The notes: generated by a model not told the origin, from the letters alone. Shown: positions 28,710-39,972, numbered from the whole stretch's first letter. The stretch: DNA of 61,503 bases, filler included, from a candidate division TA06 bacterium SM23_40 (GCA_001303705.1; 5 parts of 5 records of this genome joined end to end with filler, not necessarily neighbours in it), one strand, 5' to 3'. A program made the numbers and translations.

Positions 28710-30464
28710 TCAGCCGTTCTTCTGCTCGTCCTGCGGCCCGGCCACAGGGAGCCGAATCTCGAACCGCGTCCCGCGGCCAACCTCGCTCTCCACGTTGATC
28801 GAACCACCGTGCGAAGTGACGATTCCATGAACCACAGGGAGCCCGAGGCCTGTTCCCTCAGTCACATCTTTTGTCGTGAAGAAGGGGACGAAGATCTGCT
28901 TCACCACATCTTCGCTCATGCCAGCGCCCGTGTCCTCAACGGTGATGGCCACATGGTCCTCCCCCTCGGCTCGCGTTGTCACTCTCAGCGTGCCCCCGCC
29001 CGGCATCGCCTGAATCGCGTTCACGACCAGATTGACCAGAACCTGATGAAGCTGCGATCGATCAGCCGTGATGTCGGGCAGGTCCGGCGCCAGCAAGCGC
29101 ACTACGTCTATCCCCTCCTTGGCGCACCGCGACTCGAGAAAGTAGAGCCCTTCTTCGACGATCCTGTTGACATTGACCTTGCTCTTCTGCGGCGGCATCT
29201 GCCGCGAGAAGAGCATGAGTTTCCTCACGACCTCCCGGGCGTGGAGCGAAGCCTTCTCTATTCGTTCGATATCATCTGCCGCTTGCCGAGGGAGATCCCG
29301 AGACTTCTTGGTGAGCTGCGCGAACCCGAGAATGCTTCCCAGAGGCTCATTCAGTTCATGCGCCACGCCCGCTGCAAGCTGCCCGATCGTCGCCAGACGA
29401 TCAGCATGCCGGAGCTGTTCCTGGAGCCGCGCCTTTTCTTCCTCAGTCTGCCGCCGTTCAATGATGAGCGCAACCTCTCTCGCCACGGTCTGGATCAAGT
29501 TGCGCTCCTCCCGGAGAAAGGGCCCCTCGTCCAGCTTTGGCTTCTCCTCAGTGTACACGACTTCAACAATGCCCCGTGGCTCCCCGCCAACAAGGATCTC
29601 GGCAGTCTGCTTATGAGGACCATCGCGGAATCCTGACGTCGCGTAGGACTGCCCATCCAGCATGATCCTTCCCTGGGTGACCTCGGGATATTGCCAGGCA
29701 GGCGGCAGAAGTTCGGCGATACTCAGAAGGATCTCGTCGAGCGATCTCTCCGGACGCTCCGCTACACGGGCGATACCATAAAGACACGTGAGCTCCTTCA
29801 CGCGCTCGCGCAGCGCGGCCCTTGTGCGGTGGTTGAGAAGCGTCACACCGAGCGTCTGGGCGAACCCCTCATAAAACGCTAGCTCATACTCCGTGAAGAA
29901 GTATTGCTGACTGCTCTTCAGCTGCAGGGCACCGATTATCTCCTCGCCAACCAGGAGCGGAATGATGGCGAGCGAGCTGAACTCTGTTTTGAGGTTCAGC
30001 CGCCGGAGACTAGCGGGTACCTCCGCCACAGAACTGAAGAGCGCGGGGTTCTTGGCGTCGCCGATCCAGAAGCTTCCCTGCTTCGTGAAGAAGGGGAGAG
30101 ATGCGTCGACCGCCGCCTGGATGACCGACCGGCAGAGCCGTTCCAAGCCCGAGTCGGCGGTGGTGTCGGCAATCGCAGCGCTGTCATCGTCCTGAACCGA
30201 CGGGATGATCTCGAAACTGAACTCGTCCCCGCTCCGACGCATCACCTCGTACCGAGGAGGTTCGCCGCCAGCCTTCAGCCACAGCTCGATCTCATCGCAC
30301 CCGAAGAAATCGATGAGCATTGCCGACACTTCGCGGAGAAACTCGACGTTCGGGTCGCCTCGGCCCGCGCTGTGCAGTATCTTATTGGAGAGCGCGCGCA
30401 AGCCCCCGATCAGCGTCCGCGCGGGGATGTCGGTTATGATTTCGCCCGGCTTCTTGCTGTCCAT
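28710..30464 (-). CDS. GAF-domain sensor histidine kinase
   Basis: LAAGVAHELNEPL H-box, NLVVNAIQA, DTGAGM, PFFTTK, GTGLGL; N-terminal GAF-like region. Confidence 0.93.
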   Translation of the reverse strand: MDSKKPGEIITDIPARTLIGGLRALSNKILHSAGRGDPNVEFLREVSAMLIDFFGCDEIELWLKAGGEPPRYEVMRRSGDEFSFEIIPSVQDDDSAAIADTTADSGLERLCRSVIQAAVDASLPFFTKQGSFWIGDAKNPALFSSVAEVPASLRRLNLKTEFSSLAIIPLLVGEEIIGALQLKSSQQYFFTEYELAFYEGFAQTLGVTLLNHRTRAALRERVKELTCLYGIARVAERPERSLDEILLSIAELLPPAWQYPEVTQGRIMLDGQSYATSGFRDGPHKQTAEILVGGEPRGIVEVVYTEEKPKLDEGPFLREERNLIQTVAREVALIIERRQTEEEKARLQEQLRHADRLATIGQLAAGVAHELNEPLGSILGFAQLTKKSRDLPRQAADDIERIEKASLHAREVVRKLMLFSRQMPPQKSKVNVNRIVEEGLYFLESRCAKEGIDVVRLLAPDLPDITADRSQLHQVLVNLVVNAIQAMPGGGTLRVTTRAEGEDHVAITVEDTGAGMSEDVVKQIFVPFFTTKDVTEGTGLGLPVVHGIVTSHGGSINVESEVGRGTRFEIRLPVAGPQDEQKNG

Positions 30465-30656
30465 ATCCCTGCCTCCGGCCTCCTCCCCGGGCCCCACGCC
30501 CGCGAGAAGATCCGCCCATCCCTGGCGATTTAGTCCCTAGCGATTTAGAACGCACTCCGATCACTCGTAAAACAGAACGGCAGACACACTTAGCGTGCCA
30601 ACCACATCTTACACTGGCTGGCACGCTCGGTCAAGTGGCAAACAATCACTCTGGGA

Positions 30657-30960
30657 ACACCCCCGTCGGGGATCCACCCATCGGGGACGTTGGTAGGTTC
30701 AGAAGGCTATAAGGGACACCCCGTCGGGGACGTTGGTAGGTTCAGAAGGTTAAGGACGCGCTTCCGGGGACGTACCCTGGTAATGAAGGTTATTCGGTTC
30801 CAGGCAAGGGGCGGCCCCACATCAAAACCCGTTCCGAAACGGGGTGGGTAGGCCGCCCTGTTGAGAACGCATCGAGAACCTGGCTATCGGGAACTCTGAG
30901 AGCGGGACGGTTGTCGGTAACCTACAGAACCTACCAACGTCCCCGGAGGTTCGCGTCCCC
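30657..30960. repeat. Composite direct/inverted repeat element (REP/MITE-like)
   Basis: TCGGGGACGTTGGTAGGTTCAGAAGG at 30681 and 30724; inverted copy at 30927-30945; central long hairpin 30808-30858. Confidence 0.7.
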
Positions 30961-30965
30961 AGAGG

Positions 30966-31493
30966 TTATAGTTGTTGGAGGTGTCGTTCGAAGTTCTTGA
31001 TGCGCGGGGGGGTCTTGCCTTTGCGCGGCAGGATGGTGTGTCCTTCCTCGCGCAGGCGCGCCGCCTGCCCTCTCACGCCTCCGGGGAACTTGGGATTGAG
31101 GCTGCCGTCTGATTTGAGGACTCGCCAGTACGGCGTCACCCGCTTCTTCCCGATCCTCAGATCCTCTTCGGCGGTCTCGGCAGCGATCCGGATGCAGATA
31201 CCGGTGGTGAGCGGGCAGGTCGAATCTGCCTTGAAATCCCGCGCCAGACGATCTCTGATCTCTTGCACTGTCGTGAGCTTCCGCTTGTGGACCTTGCGGG
31301 TGAGTCCGTCGACAAGGGACGGTGTCGGCACGAGCACTCTCCTCCCGCCGAACCGCTTGTCCCACGCCGGAGGACCGTCAACCACCTTCGGCAGCCCCTC
31401 CGGTTGATGTTCTAGTTTCTCTCGCCATGTCTTCTTCGATTTCAGACTCTGCGGCATCGTCTCCCTCTCGATTACCCTCCTCGAGGTCTCCAT
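30966..31493 (-). CDS. MGMT-family DNA-binding / alkyltransferase-like protein
   Basis: TCPLTTGI..TPYWRVLKSDGSLNPKFPGG..Q..L.EEG; PYWRV stands where active enzymes have PCHRV. Confidence 0.75.
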   Translation of the reverse strand: METSRRVIERETMPQSLKSKKTWREKLEHQPEGLPKVVDGPPAWDKRFGGRRVLVPTPSLVDGLTRKVHKRKLTTVQEIRDRLARDFKADSTCPLTTGICIRIAAETAEEDLRIGKKRVTPYWRVLKSDGSLNPKFPGGVRGQAARLREEGHTILPRKGKTPPRIKNFERHLQQL

Positions 31494-31737
31494 TGCCTCC
31501 CACTTGTCTCACGCCGACCACTCTTTACTATCCCCACATCCCCTCATATTCCGAACTCCCTCATATCCCGGACTACTGGCACCACGCCGCGCTCCGAATC
31601 TCGAGCTATCACCGCCGACCCCGGACTCCACATCTCAGGCTATCACCGCCGACCCCGGGCTCCGCATCTCAGACTCTCACCAGTCAGACTCTCAGCACCG
31701 ACTGTACGCTCTAAGCTCCGAACCACCGCCTCCCGCT

Positions 31738-32676
31738 CTACACCCTGAAGTGCAGCGCATCCTCAGGGCACACCTCGATGCACCGGCCACACGCATGACA
31801 GTCGGGCCGCGACCTCCTGCCCTCCAGAATCGCCGGGACCGCGGGACAGGGGCTCTTCTTGATGCATACGTTGCATTCGGTACACGCGTCCTTCTTGACC
31901 TTCACCCTCACCAACGACAGATGCTCGAGAACCCACGTGAAGAGGCCGAGCGGACAGACAAGATAACAGAACGGCCTGAAGATGAATACCCCCGCCACCA
32001 GTGCCACCAGCAACGCAGCTACTGGCAACAGCTCGAAGCTCCAGTGGAAGAAATGAAACGGATTGAAGTAGTCGTATATGCTTGTCCCCAGGGAGAAGAC
32101 GACTACCAGGAAGACAACGAAGAGAATGACACGAATCGAATTGGTGATCCAGAAGGGGAGTTTCACCTTCAACCTCTTCGATACCGGAATCCTGTGAAAT
32201 GCCTCCTGAATCGCGCCGATCGGGCAAGCCCAGCCGCAGAAGAGTTTGTTCCCCACTATGGTGAGCAGGGCGACCGATACCGCTATCGAGATGAAGACGA
32301 CCGGCACAGCACGCCCCGCGTTCATGAACTGAAATGGTCTCGTCATGGTGCAGATCGGACTGGGATGTACGCTCATTCCTCTGGCAAACTGCCCCAACGG
32401 CAATATCGAAACGATCCCGAAGACGAAGAAAATGACGACGAGCATCGCCAGCCGCAGGTTCCGCGTTACCGATGACCGCATCAGGAGCACGAGCCCGATC
32501 AGGCAGAAGATGGCGCCGACCCACACGCGCGGCAGGAGCCAGATCTCCAAGAACCCGGGCGGCCTCCTGGCACCAGCTCCCTGTGCCCAGAGAGGCGCTG
32601 CCAGTAACAGGAACGGTACAACTGTAGTGAGTGTCTTCGCCAGTAGTCGGACCTGAAGATTTTGATTGCCTTGCAT
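31738..32676 (-). CDS. Membrane 4Fe-4S binding protein (NapH/FixG-like polyferredoxin)
   Basis: TM helices; FCGWACPIG, RPFCYLVCPLG, CTECNVC, CHACGRCIEVCP. Confidence 0.9.
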   Translation of the reverse strand: MQGNQNLQVRLLAKTLTTVVPFLLLAAPLWAQGAGARRPPGFLEIWLLPRVWVGAIFCLIGLVLLMRSSVTRNLRLAMLVVIFFVFGIVSILPLGQFARGMSVHPSPICTMTRPFQFMNAGRAVPVVFISIAVSVALLTIVGNKLFCGWACPIGAIQEAFHRIPVSKRLKVKLPFWITNSIRVILFVVFLVVVFSLGTSIYDYFNPFHFFHWSFELLPVAALLVALVAGVFIFRPFCYLVCPLGLFTWVLEHLSLVRVKVKKDACTECNVCIKKSPCPAVPAILEGRRSRPDCHACGRCIEVCPEDALHFRV

Positions 32677-32888
32677 CTCCCCTCCTCTGCCGTTTGTGAG
32701 CCAGGGATCCAGGGATCGTAGGGAGTCGGGCTGTGACGAGGCCCGCTCCGCTATCACCTACCCCACGCTCTCGTTCTTGGCCTCACCACAGCCCGACATT
32801 GTCGACATTGTGGGAAACAACCGGAGCGATCGCCAGGTTCCGCAGATGCCCAAAAAAAATGGACCACACGCACCGTGGCCCGCGCGGT

Positions 32889-33071
32889 CTATATGACGCC
32901 ACGAACAGCCTGCGTGACACAGCGAACAGTCTGTGTGACACTGCGAATAGTCTATGCGACGCAACGACCGGTCTGCATAACGCGACGACCGGCCTGTGTG
33001 ACGCAGCAAACAGTCTGCGTAACGCGACGACCAGCCTGCGTGACACGACGACCGGCCTGTGTGACGCAGCG
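32889..33071. repeat. About 8.7 degenerate 21-bp tandem units
   Basis: Translate on + as heptads LYDATNS LRDTANS LCDTANS LCDATTG LHNATTG LCDAANS LRNATTS LRDTTTG LCDAA. Confidence 0.85.
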
Positions 33072-33084
33072 CAGAGATGGTACC

Positions 33085-33771
33085 TCATACCGCCCCAGCC
33101 GTCAACTTCTCTGCCTTCACCACCAGGACCGCACCGCTGTACAGACGCCTCTCGGTGACGTTCCTGAAACCCGCCTCCCTCACCTCTACTGCGACCCCGC
33201 GCCTCAGAAAATCCCTCCGCGTCCGCAGCTGGAACCGCCACGGCAGCCAGTACCACCACCACAAGCAGAGGTACAAACGTGTCAGTGGACTGCGGGGCCA
33301 GTCCACTTCCACGATGGCGACCGACCCTCCCTCCCTCAGCACGCGCCGGGCCTCCCGGAGCACAGTCATCCACCTGTCCCGCTCCATGTTATGGAGGGCG
33401 TGGGGAATCACAACTATATCGAACGTACCGGAACGGAACCCGGTATCTGACGCATCCCTCACAAGGAACTCGATGTATGGAAGCCGGCTTTGCCGCCTGG
33501 CGATCTCGATCGCCTCAGGCCACGTGTCGATGGCATCGACTTTCGAACGACTCCCGACCACTTCTGCAATGACGCGAGTGGTCTCGCCCCTCCCGCAGCA
33601 CATCTCGAGGATGCGGTCGCCCGGTTTCATGCCAGTCGCCCAGATCGATGCCAGTCTCCACCTGACATAGTGACGTGCGGGGATATTGCTACACCTCGCC
33701 AAGAGACCGAGGTACCGCCAGTGAATGGGACGCACGATCCGTTCGAACGGGCCTGTGCCCGATGTCATCAT
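33085..33771 (-). CDS. Class I SAM-dependent methyltransferase (UbiE-like), paralog 1
   Basis: GDRILEMCCGRG, DASDTGF..GTFDIVVIPHALH, EARRVLREGG. Confidence 0.85.
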   Translation of the reverse strand: MMTSGTGPFERIVRPIHWRYLGLLARCSNIPARHYVRWRLASIWATGMKPGDRILEMCCGRGETTRVIAEVVGSRSKVDAIDTWPEAIEIARRQSRLPYIEFLVRDASDTGFRSGTFDIVVIPHALHNMERDRWMTVLREARRVLREGGSVAIVEVDWPRSPLTRLYLCLWWWYWLPWRFQLRTRRDFLRRGVAVEVREAGFRNVTERRLYSGAVLVVKAEKLTAGAV

Positions 33772-33843
33772 GTGCCTTCGCCCGATATCATCGTGTGCCT
33801 GTACCCGATGTCATGGTGTACCTGTGCCCGATGTCATACAGCG
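33752..33843. repeat. Four 23-bp tandem units spanning the methyltransferase start
   Basis: CCTGTGCCCGATGTCAT-like units at 33752, 33775, 33798 and 33821. Confidence 0.85.
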
Positions 33844-34130
33844 CCTCCCGGTTTCATCGCGTCTCCGCGGCGCGCCGCACCTCTACCGCACTCCGAGGCT
33901 CCCCCGGACATCGCAGTCCGATCTCGTGTTCTACCACCACGCGCGGTCGAAGCGCCGTGCCCGTGCACTACTCTCATGTCCCGACGCCAAGATCAGTCCC
34001 ATCAGGCCAAATCGACCCCCACGCCGACACGCTCCCACGCCCAAACCACTCCCCGGAAGCGCCGATCATTTGCCAGACTCCCAACTCGAGCTCACTCTCC
34101 GATCGCCCGAATCACCCTCCCTCGCTCAAA

Positions 34131-34811
34131 TCACTCCCTCGTACAGCTCGCGTACGAGAAGTATTCGCCGGCGTTGCCTCGCACGACCACGAAATAGATG
34201 CCCGCGGGAGACAGGTTTCCCACGCTGTCCTTGCCGTCCCACGTAACCGGATTGAGCCCTGCCGGCCACCATGTGTCGACAATCGTGCGCACCAACTGGC
34301 CGCCGACGTTGAACACCTCAACCTCGAGGCGCATTTCCTGGAATGTCAGGATTGCGATTGTGATGGCTGTCTCGAACGGATTCGGATATGGAAGGGCAAC
34401 GGTCAGGCCGAGTGTCTGGTTAACGCAGGCGGCCAACCTGAGCGTATCACACGTGACATCGCCTTCAGACGCCACCTCCAGCGAGTCGCTAGCGAGAAAG
34501 ACCTCGTCGGTTACCCTCACCATCACGACATAGGTCCCGATGTCCACGTTATGAAACTCGTACTCCGCCCCGTCCGTGTGGGTCGAATCTACCGCACTGC
34601 CGCCCTGCATCAGCAGGACGGCGACGCCATCGAGTGGTGACTCGGCACTCCCCAGATTATTGCCCAGTGAGTCGGTCAGCACCTGCTCTATCCAGACCTG
34701 TCCCTCGATCGATCTTCCCGCACCCGGTCTGGTCGGCTCTCCTTCGTCCTCGCAGCCGGAGAGGAGGGCCACCGCCACGAGCGCGAGCAAAGCGACGAGA
34801 ACTCGCTTCAT
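34131..34811 (-). CDS. Lipoprotein with a C-terminal FlgD-Ig-like domain
   Basis: Lipobox LLSGC; PYPNPF..VFNVGGQLVRTIVD..WDGKDSVG..AGIYFVV. Confidence 0.85.
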   Translation of the reverse strand: MKRVLVALLALVAVALLSGCEDEGEPTRPGAGRSIEGQVWIEQVLTDSLGNNLGSAESPLDGVAVLLMQGGSAVDSTHTDGAEYEFHNVDIGTYVVMVRVTDEVFLASDSLEVASEGDVTCDTLRLAACVNQTLGLTVALPYPNPFETAITIAILTFQEMRLEVEVFNVGGQLVRTIVDTWWPAGLNPVTWDGKDSVGNLSPAGIYFVVVRGNAGEYFSYASCTRE

Positions 34812-35509
34812 GGTACACCCCCTCGTATAGATGCCTCCTTGCATCCCTGGACCGCCTGCAGCGCACCACGGAATAGCGAGACCTTCGTGACATCGCGGAA
34901 GCCCGCCTCCCTCACCTCATCGGCGACCCCGTATCGCACCATGTCGCGCCGCGTCGGCGTCTCGAAATTGAACGGAAGCCAGTAGAACCACCAGAGCGCG
35001 ACAAAGAGACGCATGAGGCGGCCCGGAGGCCGGTCCAGCTCCAGCACGGCCACTGACCCTCCATCACGGAGAATCCGCCGCGCCTCTCTCAGCACGGCCA
35101 GCCGCCCGTCTCTCCACATCTCATGAAGGGCATGAGGGATCACGACCCTGTCGAACTCTCCGTCACGGAAGTCTGTCTTCGAAGCATCCATCACCATGAA
35201 GTCGACATTCGGGTGAGAGTTCTTCCCGTTCGCCACGCGTATCTGCCCGCCTGAGAGGTCGATGCCCGTAATCTTCGACTTCTCTCCCAGCTTCTCGGCG
35301 ATCACAAACGTCGCACCGCCCGTGCCGCAGCACATGTCGAGGATCCTGTCCCCTCGCTTCAGTTCGATCACGTCGACCAGAGCCCTCCGAGCCCTTCCCT
35401 GCCCGCCCTGCGGAATAAACCACAACTTCGCGAGAAGATCGTAGCGTCGGCTCGCAATGTCGTCATAGTACCGTACATACCAGCTCGGCCGTCCTGTCTG
35501 CGACATCAC
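34808..35509 (-). CDS. Class I SAM-dependent methyltransferase (UbiE-like), paralog 2
   Basis: GDRILDMCCGTG, GIDLS, DASKTDF..FDRVVIPHALHE, EARRILRDGG. Confidence 0.9.
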   Translation of the reverse strand: MMSQTGRPSWYVRYYDDIASRRYDLLAKLWFIPQGGQGRARRALVDVIELKRGDRILDMCCGTGGATFVIAEKLGEKSKITGIDLSGGQIRVANGKNSHPNVDFMVMDASKTDFRDGEFDRVVIPHALHEMWRDGRLAVLREARRILRDGGSVAVLELDRPPGRLMRLFVALWWFYWLPFNFETPTRRDMVRYGVADEVREAGFRDVTKVSLFRGALQAVQGCKEASIRGGVP

Positions 35510-35590
35510 GCCATCGCCTGATTACTACAGTGAAGAAGTACCGTGGAGAAGTCCCGTCCAAAGACACGCCGACTCACCCGCGCAAGACCG

Positions 35591-35690
35591 NNNNNNNNNN
35601 NNNNNNNNNNNNNNNNNNNNNNNNNNNNNNNNNNTTAATTAATTAANNNNNNNNNNNNNNNNNNNNNNNNNNNNNNNNNNNNNNNNNNNN
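35591..35690. other. Artificial contig linker
   Basis: N-run with TTAATTAATTAA. Confidence 0.99.
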
Positions 35691-35692
35691 AG

Positions 35693-36832
<1,140 letters not shown>

Positions 36833-36877
36833 TGCTGGTATCAGTGCCGATGGCCGGTAAGGAGAGGGGCAGCCGAG

Positions 36878-37759
36878 ATGAGGGGCCACACACTCAGTGA
36901 GTTGAGAGAGGGGTACAGCTTCATGCTCCCTCTCATCGTCTTTCTCGGGTGCTTTGTCCTTCTGCCCGTGGTGGGGACATTTGTCACCAGCGTTTACCAG
37001 GATGTCACATTTCTGGAAAGAAAGTTCATACTGTTCCAGAACTACCGCCGCCTGATCGGTGATGCTGATTTCTGGCGGGCTCTTCGATTCACCCTTCTGT
37101 TTGTCGCGGTCTCGGTCCCGCTCGAAATGCTGCTGGGGCTCTCGTTCGCGCTCCTTCTCAATCAGTCCGTCCCGCTAAGGGGCCTGTTGAGATGCTGTGT
37201 TCTCATCCCCTGGGCCATACCGGCGGCGATATCTGGACGGACATGGGAACTGATATACAATTACAACTACGGGTTGGCGAACTTTCTCCTGGCGCGGTTC
37301 GGCCTGTCCGACGAACCGATCAACTGGCTCGGTTCGAGCGCCGGCGCCTTCGCATCAGTAGTACTCTCCGACGCCTGGAAGACGACGCCGTTCATCGCGA
37401 TCATCTTGCTCGCCGGACTTTCGGTGATACCATCGGAGCTGTACCGCCAGGCCAAGGTTGATGGTGCGAATTTCTTGTATAGATTCTACCGTATCACAGT
37501 GCCGCTGCTGAAGCCGACGATCATCGTTGCGCTGCTCTTCCGGACCATTGATGCACTGAGGATCTTCGATCTCATCTACGTGCTGACTCACGGGGGGCCG
37601 GGAGGCGCTACTACATCCCTTTCCCTGTACGGGTACAGGTACTTCCTCGTGGGAGACTTCGGCTATGGCTCGAGCATTTCGGTTACACTCTTTGTGATCG
37701 CGCTCGTGCTGGCCCTCATCTATGTTCGGCTGAGCCGCTGGAGTACAGAACTGACATGA
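36878..37759 (+). CDS. Sugar ABC transporter permease (MalF-like)
   Basis: LIPWAIP, WKTTPF, ELYRQAKVDGA EAA-loop, FDLIYVLTHGGPG. Confidence 0.92.
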   Translation: MRGHTLSELREGYSFMLPLIVFLGCFVLLPVVGTFVTSVYQDVTFLERKFILFQNYRRLIGDADFWRALRFTLLFVAVSVPLEMLLGLSFALLLNQSVPLRGLLRCCVLIPWAIPAAISGRTWELIYNYNYGLANFLLARFGLSDEPINWLGSSAGAFASVVLSDAWKTTPFIAIILLAGLSVIPSELYRQAKVDGANFLYRFYRITVPLLKPTIIVALLFRTIDALRIFDLIYVLTHGGPGGATTSLSLYGYRYFLVGDFGYGSSISVTLFVIALVLALIYVRLSRWSTELT

Positions 37760-38586
37760 ACGAAGAGAGAATGCAGAGACTACTCACGCTGGCCACGTCG
37801 GGTTTCCTCATCGTCTTCTGTCTGGCGCCGTTCGTCTTCATGGCCGTCATCAGTCTGAGCGGGAGCCCGGAGTTCCTGTCGGGGCAGACGGCCTTCAATG
37901 CTACGTTTGGACACTACCGTGCCATCATCACCACGCCCTCTCTTCACTTCATCGATTACCTGCGCAACAGCCTCGCTGTCTCGGCAGTGAGTGCGGCAGT
38001 GAGCACGTTGATAGCGGCCCTGGCAGCCTACTCCTTGACCCGGCTCGAGCTGCCGGGCAGAGTCCTCATTCTGTTCCTCATCCTCTGTGTCACTATGTTT
38101 CCTCAGATCAGCCTCATCGGATTTCTGTTCAAGCTCATGACGTGGCTCGGCTGGATAAACACCTATGGTGCTCTCATCTTTCCGTATGTTGCCTGGGTAC
38201 TTCCCCTGTCGGTCTGGATCCTCGTGAGCTACTTCGCTCAGCTACCCCGTGAACTCGACAAGGCGGCGCTGATCGATGGGTGTACGCGCTGGCAGATACT
38301 CAGGAAGGTGATAGCGCCTGTCGCGCTGCCCGGGATCCTGTCGACGGCTCTGCTCTCGTTCATATTCGCGTTCAATGAGTTCATGTTCGCGCTTCTTTTC
38401 ACGACAGATCATCGTGCCCGTACAGTGCCTGTTGGCATTGCCCTGTTCCAGGGTCTACACGGAGAGATCCCCTGGGGCAATATTATGGCGGCCTCGATCG
38501 TTTCGATCGTTCCGCTCCTCATATTGGCGGTCGCGTTCCAGCGCCACATAATCCAGGGTCTGACGAGAGGTGCGGTAAAGGGATGA
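37756..38586 (+). CDS. Sugar ABC transporter permease (MalG-like)
   Basis: YLRNSL, ELDKAALIDG, FAFNEF, FQRHIIQGLTRGAVKG. Confidence 0.92.
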   Translation: MNEERMQRLLTLATSGFLIVFCLAPFVFMAVISLSGSPEFLSGQTAFNATFGHYRAIITTPSLHFIDYLRNSLAVSAVSAAVSTLIAALAAYSLTRLELPGRVLILFLILCVTMFPQISLIGFLFKLMTWLGWINTYGALIFPYVAWVLPLSVWILVSYFAQLPRELDKAALIDGCTRWQILRKVIAPVALPGILSTALLSFIFAFNEFMFALLFTTDHRARTVPVGIALFQGLHGEIPWGNIMAASIVSIVPLLILAVAFQRHIIQGLTRGAVKG

Positions 38587-39710
38587 TCCTGACACTCGCC
38601 GGTCTCACCAAGATGTTCTCGTCCTTGCGAGGGGACATACTCGCGGTGGATGACGTGAGTCTCGTGATACATGACAGAGAGCTTTTCGTACTGCTCGGCC
38701 CGAGCGGCTGCGGCAAGTCCACGATCCTGAATCTGATCGCAGGACTGGAGAGGCCTACCACCGGCGAGATACGGTTCGACGACGTCATAGTGGCCTCGGG
38801 TCGGCGAAAGGTCTTTCTCAGTCCCAAGGAACGTAACGTCGCCATGGTATTCCAGAGCTACGCCCTGTACCCGCACTTGAGTGTGTTCGAAAACATAGCG
38901 TTTCCTCTGCGAATCGGGAAACAGGGGGCGACCGGGGTAGAGGAGACAGTCGGAGAGGTTGCGGCCATGCTGGAGATTTCGGACCTGCTGCGCGCACGGC
39001 CGGCGGAACTGAGCGGCGGCCAGCGTCAGAGGGTGGCCATTGCGCGGGCGATCGTCCGCCACCCGAAAGTATTCCTCCTCGACGAGCCGCTCTCAAATCT
39101 CGATGCCCGGCTCCGCCTCGCGATGAGAGGAGAGCTGAAGAATCTGCAGCGCAGGCTCGGCATCACAACCGTCTATGTGACGCACGACCAGGTAGAGGCG
39201 ATGAGCCTTGCTGATAGAATTGCGGTAGTGCGGCAGGGCCGGATCGAACAGGTGGGCACGCCCGATGAATTGTACAATAAGCCGGCGAATCCGTTCGTCG
39301 CCACGTTCATCGGTTCGCCCGCCATCAATCTGCTCGAAACCGCGTTCGCCGAAGAGAACGGTGTCTTCTTCGTGGTTGTCGGCGATCAGAAGCTGAGGAT
39401 GCCGGATGAGAAGAGCGAGGAACTGCGGCGGCTGTCGAGGAACGTCTGCCTGCTCGGTATCCGTCCCGAACACATACATCTCGATCGACTCGATCGACGT
39501 CTGTCGGGACAACGTCTTAAGGGGAGGGTACGCGCTGTCGAACCCCTGGGCAGGGAGACCATTCTGCATCTGGAAATCGATGACAGTAGACTGACGGCGA
39601 TGACAAGCGGAGGAGAATTGAAACAGGGGGACACGATCGAGGTCGATCTGGACCTGAAACGTGCGCACATCTTCGAGGTGCCGGCACAGGGACCCCGCGC
39701 GCGTCAGTGA
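38583..39710 (+). CDS. Sugar ABC transporter ATP-binding protein (MalK/MsmX-like)
   Basis: GPSGCGKST, VFQSYALYPH, LSGGQRQRVA, LLDEPLSNLDA, YVTHDQ, GIRPEH. Confidence 0.95.
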   Translation: MILTLAGLTKMFSSLRGDILAVDDVSLVIHDRELFVLLGPSGCGKSTILNLIAGLERPTTGEIRFDDVIVASGRRKVFLSPKERNVAMVFQSYALYPHLSVFENIAFPLRIGKQGATGVEETVGEVAAMLEISDLLRARPAELSGGQRQRVAIARAIVRHPKVFLLDEPLSNLDARLRLAMRGELKNLQRRLGITTVYVTHDQVEAMSLADRIAVVRQGRIEQVGTPDELYNKPANPFVATFIGSPAINLLETAFAEENGVFFVVVGDQKLRMPDEKSEELRRLSRNVCLLGIRPEHIHLDRLDRRLSGQRLKGRVRAVEPLGRETILHLEIDDSRLTAMTSGGELKQGDTIEVDLDLKRAHIFEVPAQGPRARQ

Positions 39711-39972
39711 GGTGGCGACGGCGGCCGTACGCACCATTTCCTTTCCCGGGGGTATGGGCAGAGACAGGGCGGTGGGCATCGGGACGGCGGGAGGCCCGGG
39801 AGGGGGATGGCTGGCGGTTGAAAATCGAGCGGAGGCATGTTATGTTGGAGCAGAGGGATTGGTCTCGTCCCCAGGGGGGTATAGATGATAGGGACGAATC
39901 CAGCGCCGCTCCGAGTCCGCCATAGAACCGGTGACGGGCGCTCCACGGGATGGTGTCTGAGGAGGTGCTATT

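Noticed and set aside
28131-29636. 501-aa + strand ORF and similar long antisense ORFs (e.g. 31504-32475, 42855-43787)
   Set aside because: Shadow frames of well-supported opposite-strand genes in GC-rich DNA; no motifs.
30592-30627. Inverted TGGCACGCT pair upstream of the histidine kinase as sigma-54 promoters
   Set aside because: Neither has TTGC at the -12 position.
32889-33843. Repeat arrays considered as CRISPR
   Set aside because: Units are contiguous and degenerate with no unique spacers, and no cas genes are present.
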